Made by a program: the position numbers and the translations under genes
From: Eledone cirrhosa
Taxonomy: Eukaryota
NCBI GenBank assembly: GCA_964016885.1
Contig: OZ024742.1
Coordinates: 97,960,001 to 98,024,000, forward strand
Direction of reading: 5' to 3'
Length of the DNA stretch: 64,000 nucleotides
Notes under the pieces: generated by a model
What the model saw: the letters and a program-made list of their open reading frames with translations, nothing else
Database searches by the model: none
Told to the model about the DNA's origin: nothing
Shown: positions 40,625-52,804 of the stretch, in pieces
How positions within the stretch are numbered: position 1 is the first letter of the stretch
Layout: every line of letters begins with the position of its first letter

Positions 40625-43600
40625 TGTTATAATTCAAGTTAAGTGGAAAAAGTTTGTCGACTAGGATCGTGTACGACACATATACCAGAAATATATAAAT
40701 CAAACATCTTGAATCTTAAAACAACATATTCAAAATAAATAAATGAATGGTTTACGATTCCTTATAATAGTCAAACAATATAGTTTAAAAATAAAAAAAT
40801 AAATAATAAAAAAAATAAAAAATACAATAAACCTCGAAAAAATTAGATTTGACGATTACACAGCTTTGACCAAGAAATCGAGTATTTTAAATTTTTCTCT
40901 TTTAATGACCATATAAGTTGTGATAAAGAGGTCGAAAGTTAGGATTCGAAAAAGAATATTTGTGATTCGAAAATCTTAATTTAAATGTCGATGAATTTGC
41001 ACCAGTATGTGATGTTATTTGCTTTTACGGTGCATTTATAGACCAGATTGCTATCCAGACAATTATTTTGTAGAGGGCAATTTGATCTATTTCTACAATT
41101 ACATTTCCATTTATTGTTATTACTATAAATTAAACAATTGACATTAACATTGCTAGTACTTGGAAGTGTTCTATTGATAGTGCTTAGATTAATGTTATTG
41201 TTATTCCTAGTATTAATATTGCTAGTGTCATTATATTCATTATCCCTAATTGTTTGTTGGTATGATTTAGAATTCTACTATTTATTTTTGCAATGTTCTG
41301 GGCCATATTCATAGTTGTAGAATAAGAAAGCTTAATTGTGTGTCTGTTAAATATGGAACGGTATTTATGTGTTATGGGGAAGCATTTATCTAAAGCTTTA
41401 AAGAATAGATTTGCGAGTGGTGTTTTGATTGCTACAGATTCGGGAGGAGCAAACCATATAACTTCAAAGCTGTGTAATGGTCAAATCTACTTGAATTCTT
41501 CAATTTCACCTAACTACAATCTTTGTACCCTGAAGACCCTATTAATAATTACTAATTATGATAATTTAATTAACAAAAAAGGTGAATTATTCTCAAATTG
41601 CCTCCATAAAGCTTCTTCTACTTTCCAAGCCTCACAAAAGTCAGGAAAAAACATTGAATAAATAAGTTTTAATTTTTGATGTTTGTTATCAACTGAGTGC
41701 ATAAAACGATACTATAATAGATTATAAAACCTTCTAATAATTTTTATTTATTTACGATATGATTAATGTTGGATTAAGGGTTCTATATAAACATATAGAC
41801 AGTTAACATGATCTTTTGATGAGTATACATATCATTTGATTGTTTAAATACATTTAATTTTTTCGGGGTTTATTGTATTTTTTATTTTTATGTTTTTATT
41901 TTTTAATTATATAGTTTGAGAATTATAAGGAATCGTAAACCATTCATTTATTTATTTTGAATATGTTGTTTTAAGATTCAAGATGTTTGATTTATATATT
42001 TATGGTATATGTGTCGTACACGATCCTAGTCGACAAACTTTTTCCACTTAACTTGATGTAAAACTTCAATTATAACATTATTAACATAATTGTATTTATT
42101 ATTTATTATATGTCTATAATTGACTAATATCGTCTTAAACTTTAAACAGTATACTCTGTATGTATTTAGACCAATGAGTATATCTAGTTTAATAACAGCC
42201 TTTTAGGTACCTTTATAAGTGCCTTGGATACTTAAGTGCATTCTAGTGTTATAATTTAATTATTTTCTAAATTATATAATGATTATTTTTTAATTTATCT
42301 TTTTTAATATAATTAAATTTGGATTAACTTCGGGTTGAAGAAAATCTTAAGTCTTTTCTTTCTCATGTTTGCAGACACTTTAAATATGATATTATACTAT
42401 AATATAGATCTTTAAAAATGTTCTTGTATTTTTAAATTATATAGCTTATATATTTGACACTTATAGGATCGCAAACCATTCATTTATTTATTTTGAATCT
42501 GTGTTTTATGATTCATGAAGTTTGATTTGTATATTTATAGTATATATCTGTTAAATGATCCTAGTTGAATAATCTTTTTTAATATAATAATTGACGTAAA
42601 ACTTTATTTTTAACACTATTAACAGTAATTATATTTATTATATTATATATAAGTGATTAATATCGTCTTAAACTTTAAACAATGTACTCTTTGTATAAAT
42701 TTAGACAAATGCATATATCTAGTTTAATAATATCCTTTTTAAGTATACTTATAAGGCCTTTGTATACTTAAGGGCCTTCTAATTTTAAATTTAACATTTT
42801 TAAATTTATAATTGCAATTATTTTCTAAATTATGTAATGATTATTTTTTAATATAAAATCTCTTTAATATAACATTTTTTTAATATAATTTAATTTGGAT
42901 TACCTTCTGGCTGAAGAAAATATTAAGTCTCTTTTTTCTCATGTTTGCAAATACTTCAAATATGATATTATACTATAATACAATACTTATACATTTTGTA
43001 GCTTGAAATGTTATGCCTTTAGACTAATTCACTATTTTGAACTAACATAAAGATTCGAAATTCAACGGTCATCCGTATACGATGGGATATATATAATTGA
43101 TTAATAGACTATTTCTAATTAACTTAAGGATTCGAAAATAAACCCTCATATAACTACACCCAGATATATTTGATATTTTGATTGATTGATTATTTCTAGA
43201 TAATTTAACGATTCGAAATCATTCATTCACAAAGCTATGCCCAGATATATATTTATTTATATATATATTTTTGCATAATCTAATTATACCCTATTTATCC
43301 ACGACAATACAAATATCCCTCCCTATGCTTTATACTATAAAAATTATTTTCTCCTCGTCTCTCTCTCCTTAATCAATTTTCTTTTGCTTTCGTACATAAG
43401 ATATTTCTATACTTCTAATCACTCTCTTTTTCTTCATCTGTTTCTCTCTCTGTATTCCATTTCTTCTTTCTTCAATAATTTAAATTATTTAAATCTCTAA
43501 CAGTTATGTAAGTTTGTATTATATTAGTAGTTGTTTATTATTATGTAACTTTATAAGCTTTCTCACCCGCACCCTGTGTATTATATGTAATTTTTTCATG

Positions 43601-43701
43601 TCTCAGTCTTATGGTATATAAATATTGTTTTGCCACATCTTATTCACTGCCCGGACTGAATTTTAACCATCTACTTAGTCAGGGTATGTCATGGATCATC
43701 T

Positions 43702-43768
43702 TATTTTATCTGATGACGGCGTACTGTTGAAGATAGCTCAGTACCTCTGAAATATGTATAATAAAATA
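43702..43768 (+). ncRNA. Type I hammerhead ribozyme (mirror copy 38939-39005 on minus strand with core CTGATGG)
   Basis: tattttat-CTGATGA(43710)-cggc-gtactg...cagtac-ctct-GAAA(43749)-tatgta-TA-ataaaata. Perfect stem I. Confidence 0.72.
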
Positions 43769-43950
43769 TACTTGATCACACGAATATCTATTTTTGTCAA
43801 TATTTTGAATTAATATTAATAACTCCGGAAAACCATACTTGTCTAATCTATTGTAAAACTTTATTCTCTGATTTATTCATTGAACCTTGTTTAATCTTTA
43901 ATATATATACAATATATTAACAAATGAAACTATATTTATAAAACCATATT

Positions 43951-44015
43951 TATTTCATTATACATATTTCAAGGGCCACCAGAGCAAACTATGGTGCGCT
44001 TTCATCAGATAAAAT
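43951..44015 (-). ncRNA. Type I hammerhead ribozyme (family C)
   Basis: Minus strand: tattttat-CTGATGA-aag..cacca/tggtg..ctt-GAAA-tatgta-TA-atgaaata. Confidence 0.72.
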
Positions 44016-44021
44016 ATAATG

Positions 44022-44170
44022 ATTTCTACTTTTGACACAAGGCCAGCAATTATCCAGTACATTACTGGTACTTTATTTTATCGACCCCGTAAGGTTGAAA
44101 GGCAAAGTTAACCTCGGCGGGATTTGAACTCAGACTGTAAAGGGACGTAACTATGGTAGAAAGCAAGGCG
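44022..44170 (-). mobile_element. tRNA-derived SINE (partial)
   Basis: Matches 52322-52465. Confidence 0.8.
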
Positions 44171-44252
44171 ATAAAATATAATATAGATTAGTTTTATAAA
44201 TAAATATTGACATTCCCTTAAAAAATGCAACCATTCTTGTTGGAATCTCCTG

Positions 44253-44284
<32 letters not shown>

Positions 44285-44950
44285 CTTTTTTTTAAAAATT
44301 GTTTGATCTTATTTATTTATTTAGTTATTTCTGCTTCTGAACTACTTCCCAATGGCTCGCACATAGTGATATGTGCATGTATATATGTATGTATATGTAT
44401 GTATGTGTATGTATATATATATATATGTGTGTGTGTGTATATATGTATATATATATATATATGTGTATGTATGTGTGTGTGTGTAAGCATGTATATATGT
44501 GTGTATGGGTATGTATGTGTACGTGTGTATGTATATATATATGTGTGTATATACACGTACGCGTATCTATAGAGCTTTTTGTTTCTTTGTTTTTTTGTGT
44601 TTTTGTGTTTGTATGTATATATGTGTGTGTATACCCCATTTTTATATATGTGTGTGTGTGTATTTGTGTGTACATATTTGAGTGCATATATATTTGTGTA
44701 TATGTATGTGTATGTATTTATGTTGCTGTTCGTATTTACATGTAGACGTAAATACGCTTATGTGAAAAAGTATACGTCTACGTATAATTACGTATATGCA
44801 CGTGGTTGAGTGCGTGTATGTTTATGTTCTGGATATTTATTTATATATTTGTTGCCCCTAATTCCGTTTTGCCCGTTTTTTCAGCCTCACTTACATATTT
44901 CCTAAAGTTTGTTTTCAAATCCACATTTAATAAAAACACTATGCTATTTA

Positions 44951-45011
44951 TTCATCCTGACAACTGAAGACAGACATAACATCTGCCTTCAAGAAACCAC
45001 TGGTAAATGAA
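44951..45011 (+). ncRNA. Decayed hammerhead ribozyme
   Basis: ttcatc-CTGACAA-c-tgaagacaga/tctgccttca-a-GAAA-ccactgg-TA-aatgaa. Core position 8 is A, consistent with CpG decay of CTGACGA. Confidence 0.5.
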
Positions 45012-45041
45012 ATAATTATCTTTTGTTGTTTATTACATAAC

Positions 45042-45115
<74 letters not shown>

Positions 45116-45141
45116 GCACACACACACACACACACACACAG

Positions 45142-45189
<48 letters not shown>

Positions 45190-46929
45190 CGAAAGAAATG
45201 TGGTAAGGAACCAGGTGGACCATAACGCACCAAAGTACTCAATACTTGGGGTAGTAGAGTGGGTAATAGGAACCAGTAAGACCCCGACAGCTGAGCTCAA
45301 GCCGTTTCAACGGCTAATTCTGGACTAAATGAAAATTTATCCTGGTATTTAAATAGCCGATCTTCTCAAGGGGTAATTCCATATATGGTCAAAGTGATTG
45401 TCAAAAATCAGTAGTAATTCTGTGATTGCAAATTAGTAGGGGAGATGGTGGCTAAACCTGCCAGTAGGAGAAAGAGGGGAGGGGTGGAGTAGACCCAATC
45501 AAGCGTTGGTAGTGCCAGCTACAGCTGGGCATGAGGTCAAAGAAGATACTGGGGAGGAGGAGGGGGAGGAAGTCGGAACGGTAGGTAGAACAATGGGGGG
45601 TAAAAATATATATGAAAGAAAAAATACTGAGAGTGAAGAAAAGCGAATAAGTGTAAAGAAAAAAAAAAGTAAAGCAAGTTCTACGACCTAGGTCTCTAGC
45701 TATTGTTAGGCTAGAATAAATAAATAAATAAATAAAGAAAGAAAGAAGTAAAGAAAGAAATAAAGAAATAACGAAATAAGTAAAAGAACTAGGTGGGACG
45801 AAATAGGCAAGGACCCTTTTAAGAGGTATAAGTACGTAAATGATACGGTGACGGGTCAACAAAAGGAGCCAAAATACTAAAGAGACTACCACGAAATAAA
45901 TAATAAAGGTTTCTATCCCGGGCACAATGCCAGCAACCACCCAGTGTAGCAAAGTGAACTAGTACGAGATAATAATTCTGAGTCCCGAAAAAAATATATA
46001 CTAATGCTAACTCTAAAAGATCTAAAACAAGCTTTCTATATTTCTTAGTGGCACTTATGCCTTATTTTTTCGTTTCAGTATTTCTTTCTTCGCTTTTCTT
46101 TTGGGCGGGGTGGATTCTGAATTTATTTTTCCGTATTCTACCTTTACTTCGTACGAACTTTCATGTAGCTTGTTTTAGATCTTTTAGAGTTAGCATTATT
46201 ATATATTTTTTTCGGGACTCAGAATTATTATCTCGTACTAGTTCACTTTGCTGCACTGGGTGGTTGCTGGCATTGTGCCCGGGATAGACACCTTTATTAT
46301 TTATTTCGTGGTAGTCTCTTTAGTATTTTGGCCCCTTTTGTTGACCCGTCACCGTATCATTTACGTACTTATACCTCTTAAAAGGGTCCTTACCTAATTC
46401 GGCCCACCTAGTTCTTTTACTTATTTCGTTATTTCTTTATTTCTTTCTTTACTTCTTTCTTTCTTTCTTTATTTATTTATTTATTCTAGCCTAACAATAG
46501 CTAGAGACCTAGGTCGTAGAACTTGCTTTACTTTTTTTTTCTTTACACTTATTCGCTTTTCTTCACTCTCAGTATTTTTTCTTTCATATATATTTTTACC
46601 CCCCATTGTTCTACCTACCGTTCCGACTTCCTCCCCCTCCCCCTCCCCAGTATCTTCTTTGACCTCATGCCCAGCTGTAGCTGGCACTACCAACGCTTGA
46701 TTGGGTCTACTCCACCCCCTCCCCTCTTTCTCCTACTGGCAGGTTTAGCCACCATCTCCCCTGCTAATTTGCAATCACAGAATTACTACCGATTTTTGAC
46801 AATCACTTTGACCATATATGGAATTACCCATTGAGAAGATCGGCTATTTAAATACAAGGATAAATTTTCATTTAGTCCAGAATTAGCCGTCGAAACGGCT
46901 TGAGCTCAGCTGTCGGGGTCTTACTGGTT

Positions 46930-46932
<3 letters not shown>
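45190..46932. mobile_element. Non-coding element with ~765-bp inverted arms, each carrying a U3:A8 hammerhead
   Basis: 45267-46033 is the near-identical reverse complement of 46166-46932. (TA)n on both sides; no RT or endonuclease coding. Confidence 0.88.
45281..45374 (-). ncRNA. Type I hammerhead ribozyme, U3:A8 variant, long stem II (mirror copy 46826-46919 on plus strand)
   Basis: acccc-TTGAGAA-ga(t)cggcta...tagccgt(t/c)-GAAA-cggct-tgagctc-agctg-TC-ggggt. All stems pair. Confidence 0.8.
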
Positions 46933-46977
<45 letters not shown>

Positions 46978-46983
<6 letters not shown>

Positions 46984-48200
46984 TTAGAAACACACAGATA
47001 CATGCGGACACACACATATATACATGAATGCATCCGCACCCAACTGTGAGTTAAGGGTGCCAACTTCACCGATGTTGCTCAATGAATGACTGGGACAGAC
47101 CAATTCAGTTCGAACTAGACTGAACCAGTATCAGAGTTAAAAATACATTATGAAGAGAGAAGAAACATTTAGATATAATTAGTAATAAAATGTATCATAC
47201 CTAAACTGTTCCTAAATTCCTCGACTACGTAGTTTCGTGGCATAAACAAAAACAATATATCAAAGATATAGAGTCCTTGCGAGGTCTGCCGACTTATCAA
47301 GAGGATACCTCATTTTACTAGTCTCAAGAACGCGTCTACACGACGTGAGAAAGAGTCTCAAAAGGCGGAGGGGGAAATAGTCACGCGATATAACGGTCGA
47401 GAAACAGAGCTAAGCCTCTTATAACCACGAAGAAAATACCACGGAGGCGGAGGGGGTATTCATATCGAGGCCGCAGAAGAGGTAGTGAAGAAGGCGAGAA
47501 GTCTGAGTAATGGAAGCTTTCCAGTTGTCCCCACACTTCAAAGATTGCTCGACCGGAGGGAGTTATTAATATATTTAGAAACACACAGATACATGCGGAC
47601 ACACACATATATACATGAATGCATCCGCACCCAACTGTGAGTTAAGGGTGCCAACTTCACCGATGTTGCTCAATGAATGACTGGGACAGACCAATTCAGT
47701 TCGAACTAGACTGAACCAGTATCAGAGTTAAAAATACATTATGAAGAGAGAAGAAACATTTAGATATAATTAGTAATAAAATGTATCATACCTAAACTGT
47801 TCCTAAATTCCTCGACTACGTAGTTTCGTGGCATAAACAAAAACAATATATCAAAGATATAGAGTCCTTGCGAGGTCTGCCGACTTATCAAGAGGATACC
47901 TCATTTTACTAGTCTCAAGAACGCGTCTACACGACGTGAGAAAGAGTCCCAAAAGGCGGAGGGGGAGATAGTCACGCGATATAACGGTCGAGAAACAGAG
48001 CTAAGCCTCTTATAACCACGAAGAAAATACCACGGAGGCGGAGGGGGTATTCATATCGAGGCCGCAGAAGAGGTAGTGAAGAAGGCGAGAAGTCTGAGTA
48101 ATGGAAGCTTTCCAGTTGTCCCCACACTTCAAAGATTGCTCGACCGGAGGGAGTTATTAATATATTTAGAAACACACAGATACATGCGGACACACACATA
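46978..48200 (-). repeat. 591-bp tandem repeat (2.07 copies) with one U3:A8 hammerhead per unit; retrozyme-like
   Basis: TATTTAGAAACACACAGATAC at 46981, 47572 and 48163. HHRs at 47218-47305 and 47809-47896 (-). Units differ at only a couple of visible positions. Confidence 0.9.
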
Positions 48201-48209
48201 TATACATAT

Positions 48210-48240
<31 letters not shown>

Positions 48241-48242
48241 TA

Positions 48243-51200
48243 TTGGAATAAATGCTCTGAAATAGCGATATATATGTGAATATAGACATAGAATATTCGA
48301 AAATATTCTGTATGTTTATAATAAACATTTTGAAGACCTAATCGCTATAGAATAGAATACGTCACGTATTACAATTAGATTCTCGATAAAAGCAATGGAA
48401 GTAATCTACGCGTTTCATTCTTGTTAGAAATCATCAGGACCACATATCCAGTGCTTTTATCGAGAATGACACAGCTAGAGACTTATAGAATACTTAGCTG
48501 TGTACAGGAACTGGTTTGAAAGAGCGGTTGCCGGTCCGGCAGAAATTAGAAATTGGAATAAATGCTCTGAAATAGCGATATATATGTGAATATAGACATA
48601 GAATATTCGAAAATATTCTGTATGTTTATAATAAACATTTTGAAGACCTAATCGCTATAGAATAGAATACGTCACGTATTACAATTAGATTCTCGATAAA
48701 AGCAATGGAAGTAATCTACGCGTTTCATTCTTGTTAGAAATCATCAGGACCACATATCCAGTGCTTTTATCGAGAATGACACAGCTAGAGACTTATAGAA
48801 TACTTAGCTGTGTACAGGAACTGGTTTGAAAGAGCGGTTGCCGGTCCGGCAGAAATTAGAAATTGGAATAAATGCTCTGAAATAGCGATATATATGTGAA
48901 TATAGACATAGAATATTCGAAAATATTCTGTATGTTTATAATAAACATTTTGAAGACCTAATCGCTATAGAATAGAATACGTCACGTATTACAATTAGAT
49001 TCTCGATAAAAGCAATGGAAGTAATCTACGCGTTTCATTCTTGTTAGAAATCATCAGGACCACATATCCAGTGCTTTTATCGAGAATGACACAGCTAGAG
49101 ACTTATAGAATACTTAGCTGTGTACAGGAACTGGTTTGAAAGAGCGGTTGCCGGTCCGGCAGAAATTAGAAATTGGAATAAATGCTCTGAAATAGCGATA
49201 TATATGTGAATATAGACATAGAATATTCGAAAATATTCTGTATGTTTATAATAAACATTTTGAAGACCTAATCGCTATAGAATAGAATACGTCACGTATT
49301 ACAATTAGATTCTCGATAAAAGCAATGGAAGTAATCTACGCGTTTCATTCTTGTTAGAAATCATCAGGACCACATATCCAGTGCTTTTATCGAGAATGAC
49401 ACAGCTAGAGACTTATAGAATACTTAGCTGTGTACAGGAACTGGTTTGAAAGAGCGGTTGCCGGTCCGGCAGAAATTAGAAATTGGAATAAATGCTCTGA
49501 AATAGCGATATATATGTGAATATAGACATAGAATATTCGAAAATATTCTGTATGTTTATAATAAACATTTTGAAGACCTAATCGCTATAGAATAGAATAC
49601 GTCACGTATTACAATTAGATTCTCGATAAAAGCAATGGAAGTAATCTACGCGTTTCATTCTTGTTAGAAATCATCAGGACCACATATCCAGTGCTTTTAT
49701 CGAGAATGACACAGCTAGAGACTTATAGAATACTTAGCTGTGTACAGGAACTGGTTTGAAAGAGCGGTTGCCGGTCCGGCAGAAATTAGAAATTGGAATA
49801 AATGCTCTGAAATAGCGATATATATGTGAATATAGACATAGAATATTCGAAAATATTCTGTATGTTTATAATAAACATTTTGAAGACCTAATCGCTATAG
49901 AATAGAATACGTCACGTATTACAATTAGATTCTCGATAAAAGCAATGGAAGTAATCTACGCGTTTCATTCTTGTTAGAAATCATCAGGACCACATATCCA
50001 GTGCTTTTATCGAGAATGACACAGCTAGAGACTTATAGAATACTTAGCTGTGTACAGGAACTGGTTTGAAAGAGCGGTTGCCGGTCCGGCAGAAATTAGA
50101 AATTGGAATAAATGCTCTGAAATAGCGATATATATGTGAATATAGACATAGAATATTCGAAAATATTCTGTATGTTTATAATAAACATTTTGAAGACCTA
50201 ATCGCTATAGAATAGAATACGTCACGTATTACAATTAGATTCTCGATAAAAGCAATGGAAGTAATCTACGCGTTTCATTCTTGTTAGAAATCATCAGGAC
50301 CACATATCCAGTGCTTTTATCGAGAATGACACAGCTAGAGACTTATAGAATACTTAGCTGTGTACAGGAACTGGTTTGAAAGAGCGGTTGCCGGTCCGGC
50401 AGAAATTAGAAATTGGAATAAATGCTCTGAAATAGCGATATATATGTGAATATAGACATAGAATATTCGAAAATATTCTGTATGTTTATAATAAACATTT
50501 TGAAGACCTAATCGCTATAGAATAGAATACGTCACGTATTACAATTAGATTCTCGATAAAAGCAATGGAAGTAATCTACGCGTTTCATTCTTGTTAGAAA
50601 TCATCAGGACCACATATCCAGTGCTTTTATCGAGAATGACACAGCTAGAGACTTATAGAATACTTAGCTGTGTACAGGAACTGGTTTGAAAGAGCGGTTG
50701 CCGGTCCGGCAGAAATTAGAAATTGGAATAAATGCTCTGAAATAGCGATATATATGTGAATATAGACATAGAATATTCGAAAATATTCTGTATGTTTATA
50801 ATAAACATTTTGAAGACCTAATCGCTATAGAATAGAATACGTCACGTATTACAATTAGATTCTCGATAAAAGCAATGGAAGTAATCTACGCGTTTCATTC
50901 TTGTTAGAAATATTTTCGAATATTCTATGTCTATATTCACATATATATCGCTATTTCAGAGCATTTATTCCAATTTCTAATTTCTGCCGGACCGGCAACC
51001 GCTCTTTCAAACCAGTTCCTGTACACAGCTAAGTATTCTACAAGTCTCTAGCTGTGTCATTCTCGATAAAAGCACTGGATATGTGGTCCTGATGATTTCT
51101 AACAAGAATGAAACGCGTAGATTACTTCCATTGCTTTTATCGAGAATCTAATTGTAATACGTGACGTATTCTATTCTATAGCGATTAGGTCTTCAAAATG

Positions 51201-52177
51201 TTTATTATAAACATACAGAATATTTTCGAATATTCTATGTCTATATTCACATATATATCGCTATTTCAGAGCATTTATTCCAATTTCTAATTTCTGCCGG
51301 ACCGGCAACCGCTCTTTCAAACCAGTTCCTGTACACAGCTAAGTATTCTATAAGTCTCTAGCTGTGTCATTCTCGATAAAAGCACTGGATATGTGGTCCT
51401 GATGATTTCTAACAAGAATGAAACGCGTAGATTACTTCCATTGCTTTTATCGAGAATCTAATTGTAATACGTGACGTATTCTATTCTATAGCGATTAGGT
51501 CTTCAAAATGTTTATTATAAACATACAGAATATTTTCGAATATTCTATGTCTATATTCACATATATATCGCTATTTCAGAGCATTTATTCCAATTTCTAA
51601 TTTCTGCCGGACCGGCAACCGCTCTTTCAAACCAGTTCCTGTACACAGCTAAGTATTCTATAAGTCTCTAGCTGTGTCATTCTCGATAAAAGCACTGGAT
51701 ATGTGGTCCTGATGATTTCTAACAAGAATGAAACGCGTAGATTACTTCCATTGCTTTTATCGAGAATCTAATTGTAATACGTGACGTATTCTATTCTATA
51801 GCGATTAGGTCTTCAAAATGTTTATTATAAACATACAGAATATTTTCGAATATTCTATGTCTATATTCACATATATATCGCTATTTCAGAGCATTTATTC
51901 CAATTTCTAATTTCTGCCGGACCGGCAACCGCTCTTTCAAACCAGTTCCTGTACACAGCTAAGTATTCTATAAGTCTCTAGCTGTGTCATTCTCGATAAA
52001 AGCACTGGATATGTGGTCCTGATGATTTCTAACAAGAATGAAACGCGTAGATTACTTCCATTGCTTTTATCGAGAATCTAATTGTAATACGTGACGTATT
52101 CTATTCTATAGCGATTAGGTCTTCAAAATGTTTATTATAAACATACAGAATATTTTCGAATATTCTATGTCTATATT

Positions 52178-52180
<3 letters not shown>
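48243..52180. repeat. 310-bp tandem array (~8.6 units, then ~4.1 inverted units), one hammerhead per unit; retrozyme-like
   Basis: TTGGAATAAATGCTC at 48243, 48553, 48863 ... 50723. Orientation flips at ~50910. Units essentially identical; (TA)n at both ends. Confidence 0.96.
51059..51147 (+). ncRNA. Type I hammerhead ribozyme of the 310-bp unit (representative of 12 intact copies)
   Basis: attctcgataaaagca-c-tgga-tat-gtggtc-CTGATGA(51089)-t-ttct-aaca-agaa-t-GAAA(51110)-cgcg-TA-gattac-t-tcca-t-tgcttttatcgagaat. Long stem I with internal loop, palindromic stem III (ACGCGT), predicted cleavage after 51119. Confidence 0.9.
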
Positions 52181-52215
<35 letters not shown>

Positions 52216-52321
52216 TTAGTTAAGCAAAGCAAGACCACAAATTTCACAAGGAAGACATTATTAAAAGATTGTCAACATAGTTTTAGTTTAATGTAAGGAA
52301 TGTAGAGAATAATAATAATAA

Positions 52322-52498
52322 TTTTTTCTACTTTAGGCACAAGGCCAGCAATTACCCAGTACATTACTGGTACTTTATTTTATCGACTCCGTAGGGATGA
52401 AAGGCAAAGTTAACCCCGGCGGGATTTGAACTCAGACTGTAAAGGGACGTAACTATGCTAGAAAACATGGCGTCCAACCCTCTACCGATACTGCCAAT
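52322..52498 (-). mobile_element. tRNA-derived SINE
   Basis: Minus strand: A box TGGCAGTATCGG, B box GAGTTCAAATCC, then GCCTTTCATCC..GTCGATAAAATAAAGTACCAG (Deu/Nin-domain-like). Inserted in an (AAT)n run. Confidence 0.85.
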
Positions 52499-52685
52499 AT
52501 AATAATATTAATAATGTCCGTTTACAATTGTTTCGCTACTCCATATAATGTTTCTGGATCAAATGATTATAGATCATTATTGATCTGGTTCAGTTGAAGA
52601 TAATTAACCATAGTGAAATACCAATATATAGAACATTACATTCATGTAACATTCTTTCTTTCTTTTAATTTATATTCCTTTTGAA

Positions 52686-52804
52686 GTTCCGATGAGCTGC
52701 TCCAATTTTACCTAAGTTAATTATCTTCAACTGAACCAGATCATTAGTGATCTATAATCATTTGATCCAGAAACATTATATGGAGTAGCGAAACAATTGT
52801 AAAC
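52686..52804 (+). ncRNA. Hammerhead ribozyme with long stem II insert; core U4C
   Basis: gtt-CCGATGA(52689)-gctgctcca...tggagtagc-GAAA(52790)-caattg-TA-aac. 9-bp stem II base; palindromic stem III (ACAATTGT). Confidence 0.7.

Noticed and set aside
48243-52180. CRISPR array or ordinary centromeric satellite
   Set aside because: No unique spacers or cas genes and a eukaryotic context; each unit instead carries a complete HHR and the array is small and TA-flanked.
52375-52415. GACTCCGTAGGGATGAAAGGC as a hammerhead stem II/GAAA
   Set aside because: It is the antisense of the SINE conserved domain and has no CUGANGA-type core upstream.
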